A stretch of 32,346 nucleotides of DNA from assembly GCF_001194135.2 (NCBI RefSeq), contig NC_069002.1, positions 2,898,492-2,930,837 of the forward strand. The letters are read 5' to 3'. This DNA is from Octopus bimaculoides. Its lineage: Eukaryota. The notes under the pieces were generated by a model that made no database searches, had not been told where the DNA came from, and saw only the letters and a program-made list of their open reading frames with translations. Below, piece after piece: positions 11,991-22,604 of the stretch. Numbering within the stretch: the stretch's first letter is position 1; every line of letters starts with the position of its first letter. The translations under genes were made by a program, and so were the position numbers.

Positions 11991-12422
11991 ATGAAAGCAT
12001 TGTTGCTTTACAAACGAAACAGTAGACACGTGTTTCTAAGTGTTGCTGAAATGTGTTTCAACTAATAACCTAAGTCTTTACAACATCTTAATTTCTCAGT
12101 CGGTTTTCTACGACAATATAATTACTAGACTAAGCTGCTGCCATATTAATTATTAATTATTAACTAATTATTAACTAACCATTGCGAATTTATTATGTTA
12201 TTGCTTGTTTTCTATTGCTTTGTTTTGCTTTTGGTCAACGGTAGGGGAAGCGTAATTTTTTTTTATTGATATACAATTACATTGAATGCATTATGGGTAA
12301 ACTGGAGACTAGTCTGGTTACATGTTCGAGAAAAGTCTAATGCCGTGTATGTTTTTCCCGAAGAAATTTTGGATTACCATTTCCCAAGACATTTCGAGAT
12401 TCATAAAATTACACAAATCGAT

Positions 12423-12464
<42 letters not shown>

Positions 12465-12514
12465 ATACATATAATCATATATATAGGCATATATATATAC
12501 ATAATATCGATATG

Positions 12515-12549
<35 letters not shown>

Positions 12550-13438
12550 GCATATATGTCTGTGTGTGTACGTGTGTAGATATGCACACACACTCTCTAC
12601 ACCCACGTATATGTATATATGTACACACACACACACATATATATATATTTATGTATACAATATATATGCACATATAAATACATATACCTATGTATGTGTG
12701 TGTGTGTGTGTGCGTGTGTGTGTTTGAGTGTGTGCGTGCGTATATTATATACTGCTGATAATAGTGGTTGTGGTGGTAGAAGAATAAGAGCTAATATAAG
12801 CTGTGGTTGTTGTTGTTGTTGTCGACGACGATGATGATGATGCTCCTGCTGTTGTTGTAATAGTAAATGCAGTTGTTATTGTGATTGTTTACTTAGCTCT
12901 GGGTCATTCATGAGAACAAACAAAAGTTCCATCATCAGCCACTTTTACAAACACACACACACACACACACATCAACACATACACATCAACACATACACAT
13001 CAACACCCACACACGTACATATATTTATATACATATAACAGCGTTGCTCTTTAGAATGTGTCTTAATACATAAGCAACGGATACGACTTGTGTTTCCACC
13101 TGATCAATCAACAAACTTTCGTATTTTTTTCCCTTATATATTATGTAAGTGTTTCAGTTATTATTCACCACACACTTGTAGCGTAAATGACATCGACAGA
13201 CATACTCTGCGTGACAAGACTACACGAAAAATATATCGGATCTTTAGACTTCCAATGCATAGTGCATGGTTGTGATTTAGCTATTATTTCTAGCTGATTG
13301 GGATACAAATATTTCTTTCGTGATTGGAGTTTATGACTCTATTTCTTGAAGTTCAACTAATTTGTTACGAAAAGAGTGACATAGTTACTATTATTTATTA
13401 TCTTCCTTTATGCCTATAAACCACGATCCTAGTGTTTC

Positions 13439-13558
13439 ACCCCGAAAGGATGAAAGGTAAAGTCAACCACAGCGGAATTTGAACTCAGAATGTTGTGACG
13501 AGCGAAATAACGCTAACCAATTTGTCCGGCGTGCTAACGGTTCTGCCAGCTCGCCACC
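13439..13558 (-). mobile_element. Family A SINE, 3'-truncated
   Basis: Reverse complement head ggtggcgagctggcagaaccgttagcacgccggac and B-box gagttcaaattcc. Confidence 0.85.
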
Positions 13559-13575
13559 TTTATAATAACAATAAT

Positions 13576-13788
13576 AATCCTTTCTACTGGAAGCACAAGA
13601 CATCAAATTTAGTTTGAAGAGATTAAGTCGATTACATCGACGCCAGTGCGTAACTGGTATTTATTTAATCGACCCCGGAATGATGAAAGGCAAAGTCAAC
13701 TTCAACAGAATTTGAACTCAAAATGTAAAGACGGATGAAATGCGGCTAAGCATTTTGTCTGGCGTGCTATCGATTCTGTCAGCTTGTC
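13576..13788 (-). mobile_element. Family A SINE, full length
   Basis: Reverse complement runs gacaagctgacagaatcgatagcacgcc...gtagaaaggatt, with ATT tracts on both sides. Confidence 0.85.
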
Positions 13789-15035
13789 AATAATAATAAT
13801 ACTAATAACAGCAACAACAACAATTTTATGCTTATTGCTGTAAATGCGTTAAGGAGATCTATTGATATTCCGCCTAGAAACAAGAATTTTAGGGTGTAGT
13901 GCGTGCTCTTTGACATGCCTTTCTCTGCATGCATGCTTATATATACATCCAAGCAGGCATCACACACATACACACAGGTATGTATAACCTTAAAGATGCC
14001 TCTGTATAAGTGCCTNNNNNNNNNNNNNNNNNNNNNNNNNNNNNNNNNNNNNNNNNNNNNNNNNNNNNNNNNNNNNNNNNNNNNNNNNNNNNNNNNNNNN
14101 NNNNNNNNNNNNNNNNNNNNNNNNNNNNNNNNNNNNNNNNNNNNNNNNNNNNNNNNNNNNNNNNNNNNNNNNNNNNNNNNNNNNNNNNNNNNNNNNNNNN
14201 NNNNNNNNNNNNNNNNNNNNNNNNNNNNNNNNNNNNNNNNNNNNNNNNNNNNNNNNNNNNNNNNNNNNNNNNNNNNNNNNNNNNNNNNNNNNNNNNNNNN
14301 NNNNNNNNNNNNNNNNNNNNNNNNNNNNNNNNNNNNNNNNNNNNNNNNNNNNNNNNNNNNNNNNNNNNNNNNNNNNNNNNNNNNNNNNNNNNNNNNNNNN
14401 NNNNNNNNNNNNNNNNNNNNNNNNNNNNNNNNNNNNNNNNNNNNNNNNNNNNNNNNNNNNNNNNNNNNNNNNNNNNNNNNNNNNNNNNNNNNNNNNNNNN
14501 NNNNNNNNNNNNNNNNNNNNNNNNNNNNNNNNNNNNNNNNNNNNNNNNNNNNNNNNNNNNNNNNNNNNNNNNNNNNNNNNNNNNNNNNNNNNNNNNNNNN
14601 NNNNNNNNNNNNNNNNNNNNNNNNNNNNNNNNNNNNNNNNNNNNNNNNNNNNNNNNNNNNNNNNNNNNNNNNNNNNNNNNNNNNNNNNNNNNNNNNNNNN
14701 NNNNNNNNNNNNNNNNNNNNNNNNNNNNNNNNNNNNNNNNNNNNNNNNNNNNNNNNNNNNNNNNNNNNNNNNNNNNNNNNNNNNNNNNNNNNNNNNNNNN
14801 NNNNNNNNNNNNNNNNNNNNNNNNNNNNNNNNNNNNNNNNNNNNNNNNNNNNNNNNNNNNNNNNNNNNNNNNNNNNNNNNNNNNNNNNNNNNNNNNNNNN
14901 NNNNNNNATATATATATAGTATTTATATTATTTATATATGTAGATTGGTGTAGAAGATTACATGTATGCAATTTGGTAGTTAGATGGGTAGCTTGATTAG
15001 TGGTTTGGTAGGTAGGTGTGTGGATTTGCGGGAAT

Positions 15036-15200
15036 GGCACAGACGTAGGCTGTGTGGTTAAGACATTCATTTCCTAACTGCGTGTTTTCCGAGTTTGATC
15101 CCACAGCGCAATACCTTGAGAAAGTTTTGTTCTTCTTTTCTTCTGCCATAGCCTCCGGTTAAATAAAGGAATGCCTCGTGAATATAATTCGGTAGATATG
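15036..15200 (+). mobile_element. Family B-type SINE 5' half (tRNA-like head plus CORE-like segment), degenerate
   Basis: ggcacagacgtaggctgtgtggttaag head, gagtttgatccc B-box-like, ccttgagaaag CORE-like segment, then TA/TG microsatellite. Confidence 0.6.
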
Positions 15201-15350
15201 AGGCTTTGTGTCTATGTTTGTGTGTATATACATATGTATTTATGAATATATATGTGCGCATCTTTATTATAATTATGTGTGTGTGTGTACCTGCGTCTAC
15301 ATTTATGTATGTATCTATGTATAAATGTAATAATTTATGCATAGATACAC

Positions 15351-15485
15351 ACGTTCTGTGCTCAAGTCAACTTTATCTTTCAGCCATTCGGAGTCGATAA
15401 AATAAGTACCAGCAAACCACTGGGGTCAATATTATTGACTAGTTTCCTTTCACCAAAATTTTAGGCCTTATAATTATTATTATTA
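15351..15485 (+). mobile_element. Family A SINE 3' half
   Basis: gtcaactttatctttcagccattcggagtcgataaaataagtaccag...aaaattttaggcc followed by ATT repeats. Confidence 0.75.
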
Positions 15486-15652
15486 TCAAGTTAAGTGTAA
15501 GATGTATCAGCTTCAATGGAATACTCAGCCACTTACATTCTAAGGTGGATTAATAGATAAACTAGAGAGTGGGAAATTTCGCAGTTTGGTAGTTAGGCAG
15601 GTAGACAGGAAGATCCGTAGGAATGTTGGTAAATAAGCATGTTGGTAGATAT

Positions 15653-15862
15653 GTCAATTTCGAATTTTAGCACACGGCCAGTAATTTTATGAGAGCGGGG
15701 TAAGTCGTTTACATCGACCCCAGTGCATAACTTGTATTTATTTTATCGATATTAAAAGGATGAAAAATAAAGTCAACCTCGGCGGAATTTGAACTCAGAA
15801 CGTAAGAAATACCGCTAAGCACATTGCTCGGCGTGTTAACGATTCGGCCAATTCGCCGCCTT
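15653..15862 (-). mobile_element. Family A SINE, full length, possible 14-bp target-site duplication
   Basis: Reverse complement head ggcggcgaattggccgaatcg. Flanks are atgttggtagatat (15639-15652) and atgttgggagatat (15863-15876), 13/14 identical. Confidence 0.85.
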
Positions 15863-16671
15863 ATGTTGGGAGATATATGTTGGGTGTGTAGGTTTATATG
15901 AACCCAAATAGCAAAGCTATGGTGTTAAGGGACTTGCTTCACAACCATACAAACACGTGAGATATTTTAGTTGATGGAACAACGGTTTGCGCATGCTTCA
16001 TTTTCAAAGAAAGATCCTACCACAAACACGTATACACACGCATACACACACACCAACAGACATATACAGATATAGACAGAAGCACACAGATACACACATG
16101 TGCATATATATATCAAGATGGATCTTTCATTAATAGGATCTCCCACAGAAAAATATTAAATAGCAAACAATTAGCTTTACCTTATTGCACAATTAAAATT
16201 ATCTGTATAAGGTGTATTGTGTAATAATAATTAACATCGTTAATGATTCTTTAATGATAAAGCAATATTGGGAAATAACACCACCACCAACACCGACGCC
16301 CTCAACCACACCATTTTAAATTATCGATAACACTAATATGATAAATTATGTGTAACGTGACAGTGAGGAAGCTTGTAATGGGTCGCAAAGAAATTTCCCT
16401 GAAATCACTTTTTTTCGTTAGATTTTGAGGCATTTTTTCTTGTTTGTTTCTTTGAAGATAAACATATAGAATGTTATATCTGGTACCGAGTCGGCAATTT
16501 TGAAAAATTCTTAGATCGTTGCACAAAATTCCTGGCAGCTTTTGGTTCAGCTGTTTATATTTGAAGTTCAAATCCTGACGAGTTCAACTTTGAAGATTGT
16601 TTTTTTTTTCGGATTAATAAAATATCAATCCAGTGAGGAATTAATAGTGTTGTTAATATTTTGATAAACGT

Positions 16672-16884
16672 AAGACAGAGAGTTGGCAGAAACGGTAGCA
16701 CGCCGGGCGAAATGCTTAGCTATATTTCTCTGCTTTTACATTCTGAGTTCAAATTCCGCTGAGGCTGACTTTGCATTTCATCCTTTTGAGGTCGATAAAT
16801 TAAGTCCCAGTTGCATACTGGAGTCGATCTAATCGACTGGCACCTTCCCACAAAATTTCGGGCCTTGTGCCTAGAGTAGAAATC
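16672..16884 (+). mobile_element. Family A SINE, full length, with perfect 17-bp target-site duplication
   Basis: AATATTTTGATAAACGT occurs at 16655-16671 and 16885-16901. Head gagttggcagaaacggtagc and B-box gagttcaaattcc. Confidence 0.9.
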
Positions 16885-17427
16885 AATATTTTGATAAACG
16901 TCTGCAAAATTATAGAATGGTCGTTTAAGTGGCAACATATGGTCAAACTGCAAAAATGCTGGTGCTGGACTGCGATGGCAAGACTTATAATTGTTACCAA
17001 AATCAATAAATTGAGTAGAGTGGCCCCGCCGTTGGGAATCGAAACTACAATGCTCCGATAAGAGTGCTTCTTTAGAGAAAAGTTAACAAGAGAGAAATTA
17101 ATGAGAGACCAACATCCTTCCTCTAGCATGCAACCAGTGTTTTTTCCAAAAGTCTACTGTCGCTCATTCGTTTCTCTTCTGTCAATTTTTCCCTGAAAAC
17201 GTTGGATTTTCCACCCATCCCCACACGGCAAGTTCACTATAGTATTTGTATCGATTTAATAAAATAAATCATAACATTATCTGGAACACAACGTTAGCAC
17301 CATAATCTTAAGTATGACTATGAGGTTCCGTTAGGTCTAGAGGCAACTCCTGATATTTAAGCCATGCAACATACAATCATAAAAACCATAACTATACACA
17401 TCACATAGGGTATATATATAGCATGCA

Positions 17428-18133
17428 CAGAGGTTGGACAAAATAATGAAAGCACCTTAAAATTTCAAATAAATTTATTGTAATATGGGGTAGGACCGCC
17501 TTTGGCAGTAATTACACCTTGAATTCTACGAGCTATAGACTCGTACAATGTTTGAATTGTTTCCAAAGGAATTTTTGTCCATTCTTCAGCTAAAACAGTC
17601 TCTAGGTGGAGGATATCGACTCCTTGCGTTTCTAAAATGCACCATAAATGTTCAATAATATTGAGATCTAGGGACTGTGGTGGCCAGATAAGATGTTCAA
17701 CTTCACTAGAATGTTCCTCGTGTCATTCAGTAACAACTTTAGCTGTGTGAATTGGTGCATTATCATCCTGAAAGATTGCGTTTCCCTCCGGAAACAGTTC
17801 CGTAACCATAGGATGAATTTGATCAGATAAAATGTTTAAATAATCCCCCTCCATGTTTAACAGTTGGAAGAAGGTAGTCTCGGCCGGTGGTTGAAAATAA
17901 GGTAAAGGATGACTCGTCCGAGAAAATAGCATTCTTCCACTGTTCTAGGGACCAATTCTGTAGGTTTTTACTCCAATCTGAACGGTTTGCAACGTTTGTT
18001 TTTGAAAGTGGTGGTTTTCTGATTGTAGCCCTCCCGTGAAATCCGGCCTTTTGCAGCTCCCGCGAACACTTTTTGTAGAAATTGGGTTCTCGGGGTGGTC
18101 ATTAAGCTCTGCAGTAATTTTGGGAGCTGTACT
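17428..18133 (-). mobile_element. Decayed Tc1/mariner-superfamily DNA transposon, 5'-truncated, one TIR retained
   Basis: TIR-like cagaggttggacaaaataatgaaagcacc at 17428 lies about 55 bp beyond the transposase C-terminus. No second TIR was found. Confidence 0.9.
17483..18133 (-). pseudogene. Tc1-like DDE transposase pseudogene, DD36E spacing
   Basis: Manual translation across frameshifts gives TAPKITAELND...ELQKAGFHGRATIRKP...IFSDESSF...PTVKHGGG...FQDDNAPIH...WPPQSLDLNIIEHLW...AKGGPTPY. There is an in-frame TGA at 17723-17725 and internal deletions. Confidence 0.92.
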
Positions 18134-18264
18134 TTGAATTAATCCCGTATTATCTCGTAGCTTCAAGATTTATGCTTACTTTTAGCACGGATCTGGCCAT
18201 TTTGGACGTAAAAGAGATCGAATAGTTAAGCCTAATATGGCTGTTTTAAATGCTAAAGAATTAA
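18134..18264 (+). mobile_element. 3' half of the same TTAA-bounded MITE family as 11634-11861
   Basis: gaattaatcccgtattatctcgtagcttcaagattt...ggatctggcc...aatatggctgttttaaatgctaaagaaTTAA aligns by eye to 11695-11861. Confidence 0.65.
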
Positions 18265-18744
18265 ACAAGGAAACGGGCATTGAAAAAAGTAGCCCTAGGT
18301 TTACGATGATTCACATAGAATAAAATCACAGAGAAAACGTGAAGACTAGGGCTAAACACACGTTCATCAGACGTTTCGATCAAATCTGAATTAGGACTAA
18401 AAAGGTAAAATCAGTGGCAACGTTACACAGAAAAGGCAGACATTTTTCTTTTACTTTTTTTTCTGTTTCTTTTTCTTTTTTTCTCTATTAAACACTCTTC
18501 CAACAATTGTAAAGTAATATACATGAAACAGTGTCTGAAACACTATGACCCAGCGGGGTTTGCTTTGTTGTAGCCAGCAGAGGTAGTGGGTGGGGGTGTT
18601 CTTTTGAAGGTAAAAAGCTATTTCTTTCTTTATCTCATTTTCTCTATTGGTTGTTAGTCAAAGTAATTTAATTTCCGATTAGAAAAATAATTATAACCCA
18701 CTAACAACTATTATTTGATGTAAACAAGTTCTCAGAACTTAATA

Positions 18745-18849
18745 ATATATCTATCTACCTATCTGTCTGTCTAACTGTATGTCTGTTTGCATGCTTGTAT
18801 TCGTGTTATCTATTTATGTACTTAGGTACTTATCCATCCATCCATCTAT

Positions 18850-18894
<45 letters not shown>

Positions 18895-18905
18895 AGCGTA
18901 ACAAT

Positions 18906-18938
<33 letters not shown>

Positions 18939-19072
18939 AATCGATCTGTCTGTTACCTATGTGTCTACCTACCTACCTACCTACCTAAATACCTACCTAT
19001 CTATGCATCTATCCATCTATATATGAGTTTATCTATTTGCATCTCCATCTACCTACCCATTATATCTCTCAC

Positions 19073-19127
<55 letters not shown>
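18745..19127. repeat. (CTAT)n / (CTAC)n / (CT)n microsatellite field
   Basis: Read directly from the sequence. Confidence 0.95.
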
Positions 19128-19892
19128 NNNNNNNNNNNNNNNNNNNNNNNNNNNNNNNNNNNNNNNNNNNNNNNNNNNNNNNNNNNNNNNNNNNNNNNNN
19201 NNNNNNNNNNNNNNNNNNNNNNNNNNNNNNNNNNNNNNNNNNNNNNNNNNNNNNNNNNNNNNNNNNNNNNNNNNNNNNNNNNNNNNNNNNNNNNNNNNNN
19301 NNNNNNNNNNNNNNNNNNNNNNNNNNNNNNNNNNNNNNNNNNNNNNNNNNNNNNNNNNNNNNNNNNNNNNNNNNNNNNNNNNNNNNNNNNNNNNNNNNNN
19401 NNNNNNNNNNNNNNNNNNNNNNNNNNNNNNNNNNNNNNNNNNNNNNNNNNNNNNNNNNNNNNNNNNNNNNNNNNNNNNNNNNNNNNNNNNNNNNNNNNNN
19501 NNNNNNNNNNNNNNNNNNNNNNNNNNNNNNNNNNNNNNNNNNNNNNNNNNNNNNNNNNNNNNNNNNNNNNNNNNNNNNNNNNNNNNNNNNNNNNNNNNNN
19601 NNNNNNNNNNNNNNNNNNNNNNNNNNNNNNNNNNNNNNNNNNNNNNNNNNNNNNNNNNNNNNNNNNNNNNNNNNNNNNNNNNNNNNNNNNNNNNNNNNNN
19701 NNNNNNNNNNNNNNNNNNNNNNNNNNNNNNNNNNNNNNNNNNNNNNNNNNNNNNNNNNNNNNNNNNNNNNNNNNNNNNNNNNNNNNNNNNNNNNNNNNNN
19801 NNNNNNNNNNNNNNNNNNNNNNNNNNNNNNNNNNNNNNNNNNNNNNNNNNNNNNNNNNNNNNNNNNNNNNNNNNNNNNNNNNNNNNNNNNNN

Positions 19893-19944
<52 letters not shown>

Positions 19945-19989
19945 GTGTGTGTGCGCGCGCATGTGTGTATGTCAGTGTGTCTATTTACT

Positions 19990-20183
19990 CCCCCCACCAC
20001 CACCATCGCTTGACAACCGATGCTGGTGTGTTTACGACCCTGTAACTTAGCAGTTCGGCAAAAACGATCGTTAAAATAAGTACGAGGCTTACAAATAATG
20101 AGTCCTGGGGTCGATTTGTTCGACTAAAGGCGGTGCTCCAGCATGGCCGTAGTGAAGTGACTGAAACAAATAAAAGAATAAAT
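19990..20183 (+). mobile_element. Family B SINE 3' half, best preserved copy, preceded by (GT)n
   Basis: ccaccatcgcttgacaaccgatgctggtg...aataagtacgagg...cctggggtcgatttgttcgactaaaggcggtgctccagcatggcc...gaaacaaataaaagaata. Related segments at 9020, 10390 and 11896. Confidence 0.85.
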
Positions 20184-20190
20184 AACGAAG

Positions 20191-20304
20191 TGGAAGAATG
20201 AAAATAGACATAAGATATGCAGGGATATTGTATCTTCTGTTCCTGGGTTCTCATTCTCTTCATACAATATCCCTGCATATCTCACGTCTATTTTCATTCC
20301 TCCA
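20191..20304. other. Inverted repeat, 43-bp arms with 28-nt loop
   Basis: Arms 20191-20233 and 20262-20304 are 40/43 reverse-complementary. Confidence 0.95.
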
Positions 20305-20425
20305 TTTCACTCTCTATTTCATATCTTATCTAGATGAAGGGATATATATAAAATATCCCGGAAACAGCTGTAAGACCTTCTATTTATGAATGTTCTGAAA
20401 TCTTTCACAGCCTTGGATTTTTATC

Positions 20426-20572
20426 TCATTCTGTTAATGAGATGTATAAACTTCCGAGAGAACATGCAATAATACTGAACGCAAATGTAGCTATAAATAT
20501 CACCATGTAAATGGCTGCAAAACCCTTTCGGGAAAAGACGAACGCTAGCCATGGGACTAGAAACCCACATCC
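20426..20572 (-). CDS. Candidate terminal exon encoding a hydrophobic, membrane-like peptide GCGFLVPWLAFVFSRKGFAAIYMVIFIATFAFSIIACSLGSLYISLTE*
   Basis: 48 open codons between ttcag| and TGA. The acceptor pyrimidine tract is weak and a competing plus-strand exon candidate overlaps it. Confidence 0.25.
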   Translation of the reverse strand, partial: GCGFLVPWLAFVFSRKGFAAIYMVIFIATFAFSIIACSLGSLYISLTE

Positions 20573-21659
20573 CTGAATTTTTAGCTATGTTATTGTATAC
20601 GTACACAGGATATACTATAGGTTATATANNNNNNNNNNNNNNNNNNNNNNNNNNNNNNNNNNNNNNNNNNNNNNNNNNNNNNNNNNNNNNNNNNNNNNNN
20701 NNNNNNNNNNNNNNNNNNNNNNNNNNNNTATATTTACATATGTATATATTTACATAGATAGGCATATATACACACTGGCATATACACTCATAAATTCACA
20801 CGCATTCATATGTGTGTGTGTATGCATATGCGACATGTATCCGTGTATGTAACTGTGTCTATATGCGAGTATGAATATATGCATGCATGCATGATTACAT
20901 ATACTTTGTATGTATATATTTAAGTGCGTGTGTCTACGTATATATATATATATATATATATATTTGTGTATGTACATGCATGTCTGTCTATATGCGTATA
21001 TGTATACATAAAAGTATATAGTTACTGAAAAGTCTATGACAGCCTTAGTTTCATTCCTGTTTGAGTAATGACCGTGGCAATTTTGGTCGGTGATCTAAGA
21101 CACATGGCTTTCTTGGAATGGATTGTGTCCAGAACGTGAGCACCAAACGCACACACGCATACACACTTACACACATACACACAAACACACATAAGGACAT
21201 AGCGCATACACATTGTTCGATATATAAATCTTTCACTGACACAACCATCTCTGCTACACAACAGCAAAACGGTGATAAATAAAGTGAAGGAACACCAAAC
21301 TATGATTTTCCAAAGTTTACTCTATCGTTTTCTACAGTACGGTACCAGTTGGTAGAATACAACAGAGCCCTGCAGCCTGCTATGCCATATCGAAATGCAG
21401 CTACTCTACATTATCTAAATACAACTGAATTTAGTGTAGTATATTTCACAGCGCTCTAGGTTACTATACTCCAGTGTAGTGTAGCGAATTTTACTCATAT
21501 ATACTCTGCTATTTTGTACGCTACTCCATCTAAACTTACTGTACAATACTGTAGAGTATCATGCTCTAGTCATATAATGATGCTTAGTGCTGTATGTAAT
21601 GTGTTTGCTACAAGATAATGATTTCGTCGGACTCACGGGCCGTACGTTCTGTCCTTGAG

Positions 21660-21890
21660 CCCAGAGTTCGTTTGTGGTTTCGATTCCAGGACCGAGCGAC
21701 GCGTTATGTTCTTGATCAAAACATTTCATTTCCCGTTGCTCCACTACACTCAACCGGCAAAAATGAGTAATCTTGCGATGGACTGGTGCCCCATCCAGGT
21801 GGTGAATTCATACGCCATGGAAACCGGCAAACCGTCCCTTATTAATTGGTATGACTTGGAAAAGTAACCTTTACTTTTTTACTTTATCAC
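21660..21890 (+). mobile_element. CORE-like SINE, family C (gcgatggactgg...ggaaaccgg 3' part; ctttacttt tail)
   Basis: gtttcgattccaggaccg...gttcttgatcaaaacatttcatttc...ttgctcca is shared with 8825-8890, but the 3' end differs. Confidence 0.7.
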
Positions 21891-21923
21891 TTTACTATAT
21901 TTAGCTCTCTCTCTCTCTCTCTC

Positions 21924-21968
<45 letters not shown>

Positions 21969-22010
21969 GCAAGAGAGTATTCTCAACTTAGCAATACGAT
22001 GCAGTAGGTT

Positions 22011-22381
22011 TGATATAATAATAACCGGACTGGAATCAGAAGCAGGGTTTGAGGTGATTAAGCAGAACTTCTTTATTGAACTGCCGTGTTCACGTTACTG
22101 GCCACCGCAACACAATATCTAAAGCCGTTACAGAGCTCCATTTAACGGAATATTCCTCTACTTATGTCTGGTCTTTCACAAATGCTATTACACGACGTCT
22201 CTTTACTTCAGCACCGACCCTACTTTCTCCACCAAACCAACACCATGCATTGAGGACAGACATCATAATCTCCGCCAGGATTTGTTCTCTGTCAGATATT
22301 ACAAGGAGGAAACTTATTACTATAAGAGATTATTTAGTCGGCCGCTCCTCAAACGTTTCTACAAATTCCATTATCCTCACA
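22011..22381 (-). mobile_element. Possible solo LTR (about 370 bp)
   Basis: Unique-complexity island whose minus strand starts TGTGAGG, carries AATAAA (rc of 22073-22078) near its 3' end and ends in ...ATCA. The target-site duplication is ambiguous. Confidence 0.3.
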
Positions 22382-22536
22382 TAATCATCTATAATTATGA
22401 AATTTCATTAAATTACCACTGATTTCTCAGCCTACCTTTTTAGGTCTTCATATAAATTTCTCGAGAGTACATATCTCTATATACATACTTACATACATAC
22501 ATACAAAAAAACATACATATATACATACATGCATAA

Positions 22537-22604
<68 letters not shown>

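Noticed and set aside
13439-16901. Repeated similar segments as a CRISPR-like array
   Set aside because: They are dispersed, diverged SINE copies in mixed orientation in a eukaryotic genome, with no regular repeat-spacer structure.
18355-18390. Minus-strand GAAAC...CTGATGA resembling a hammerhead ribozyme core
   Set aside because: The motifs abut with no room for the required stems.
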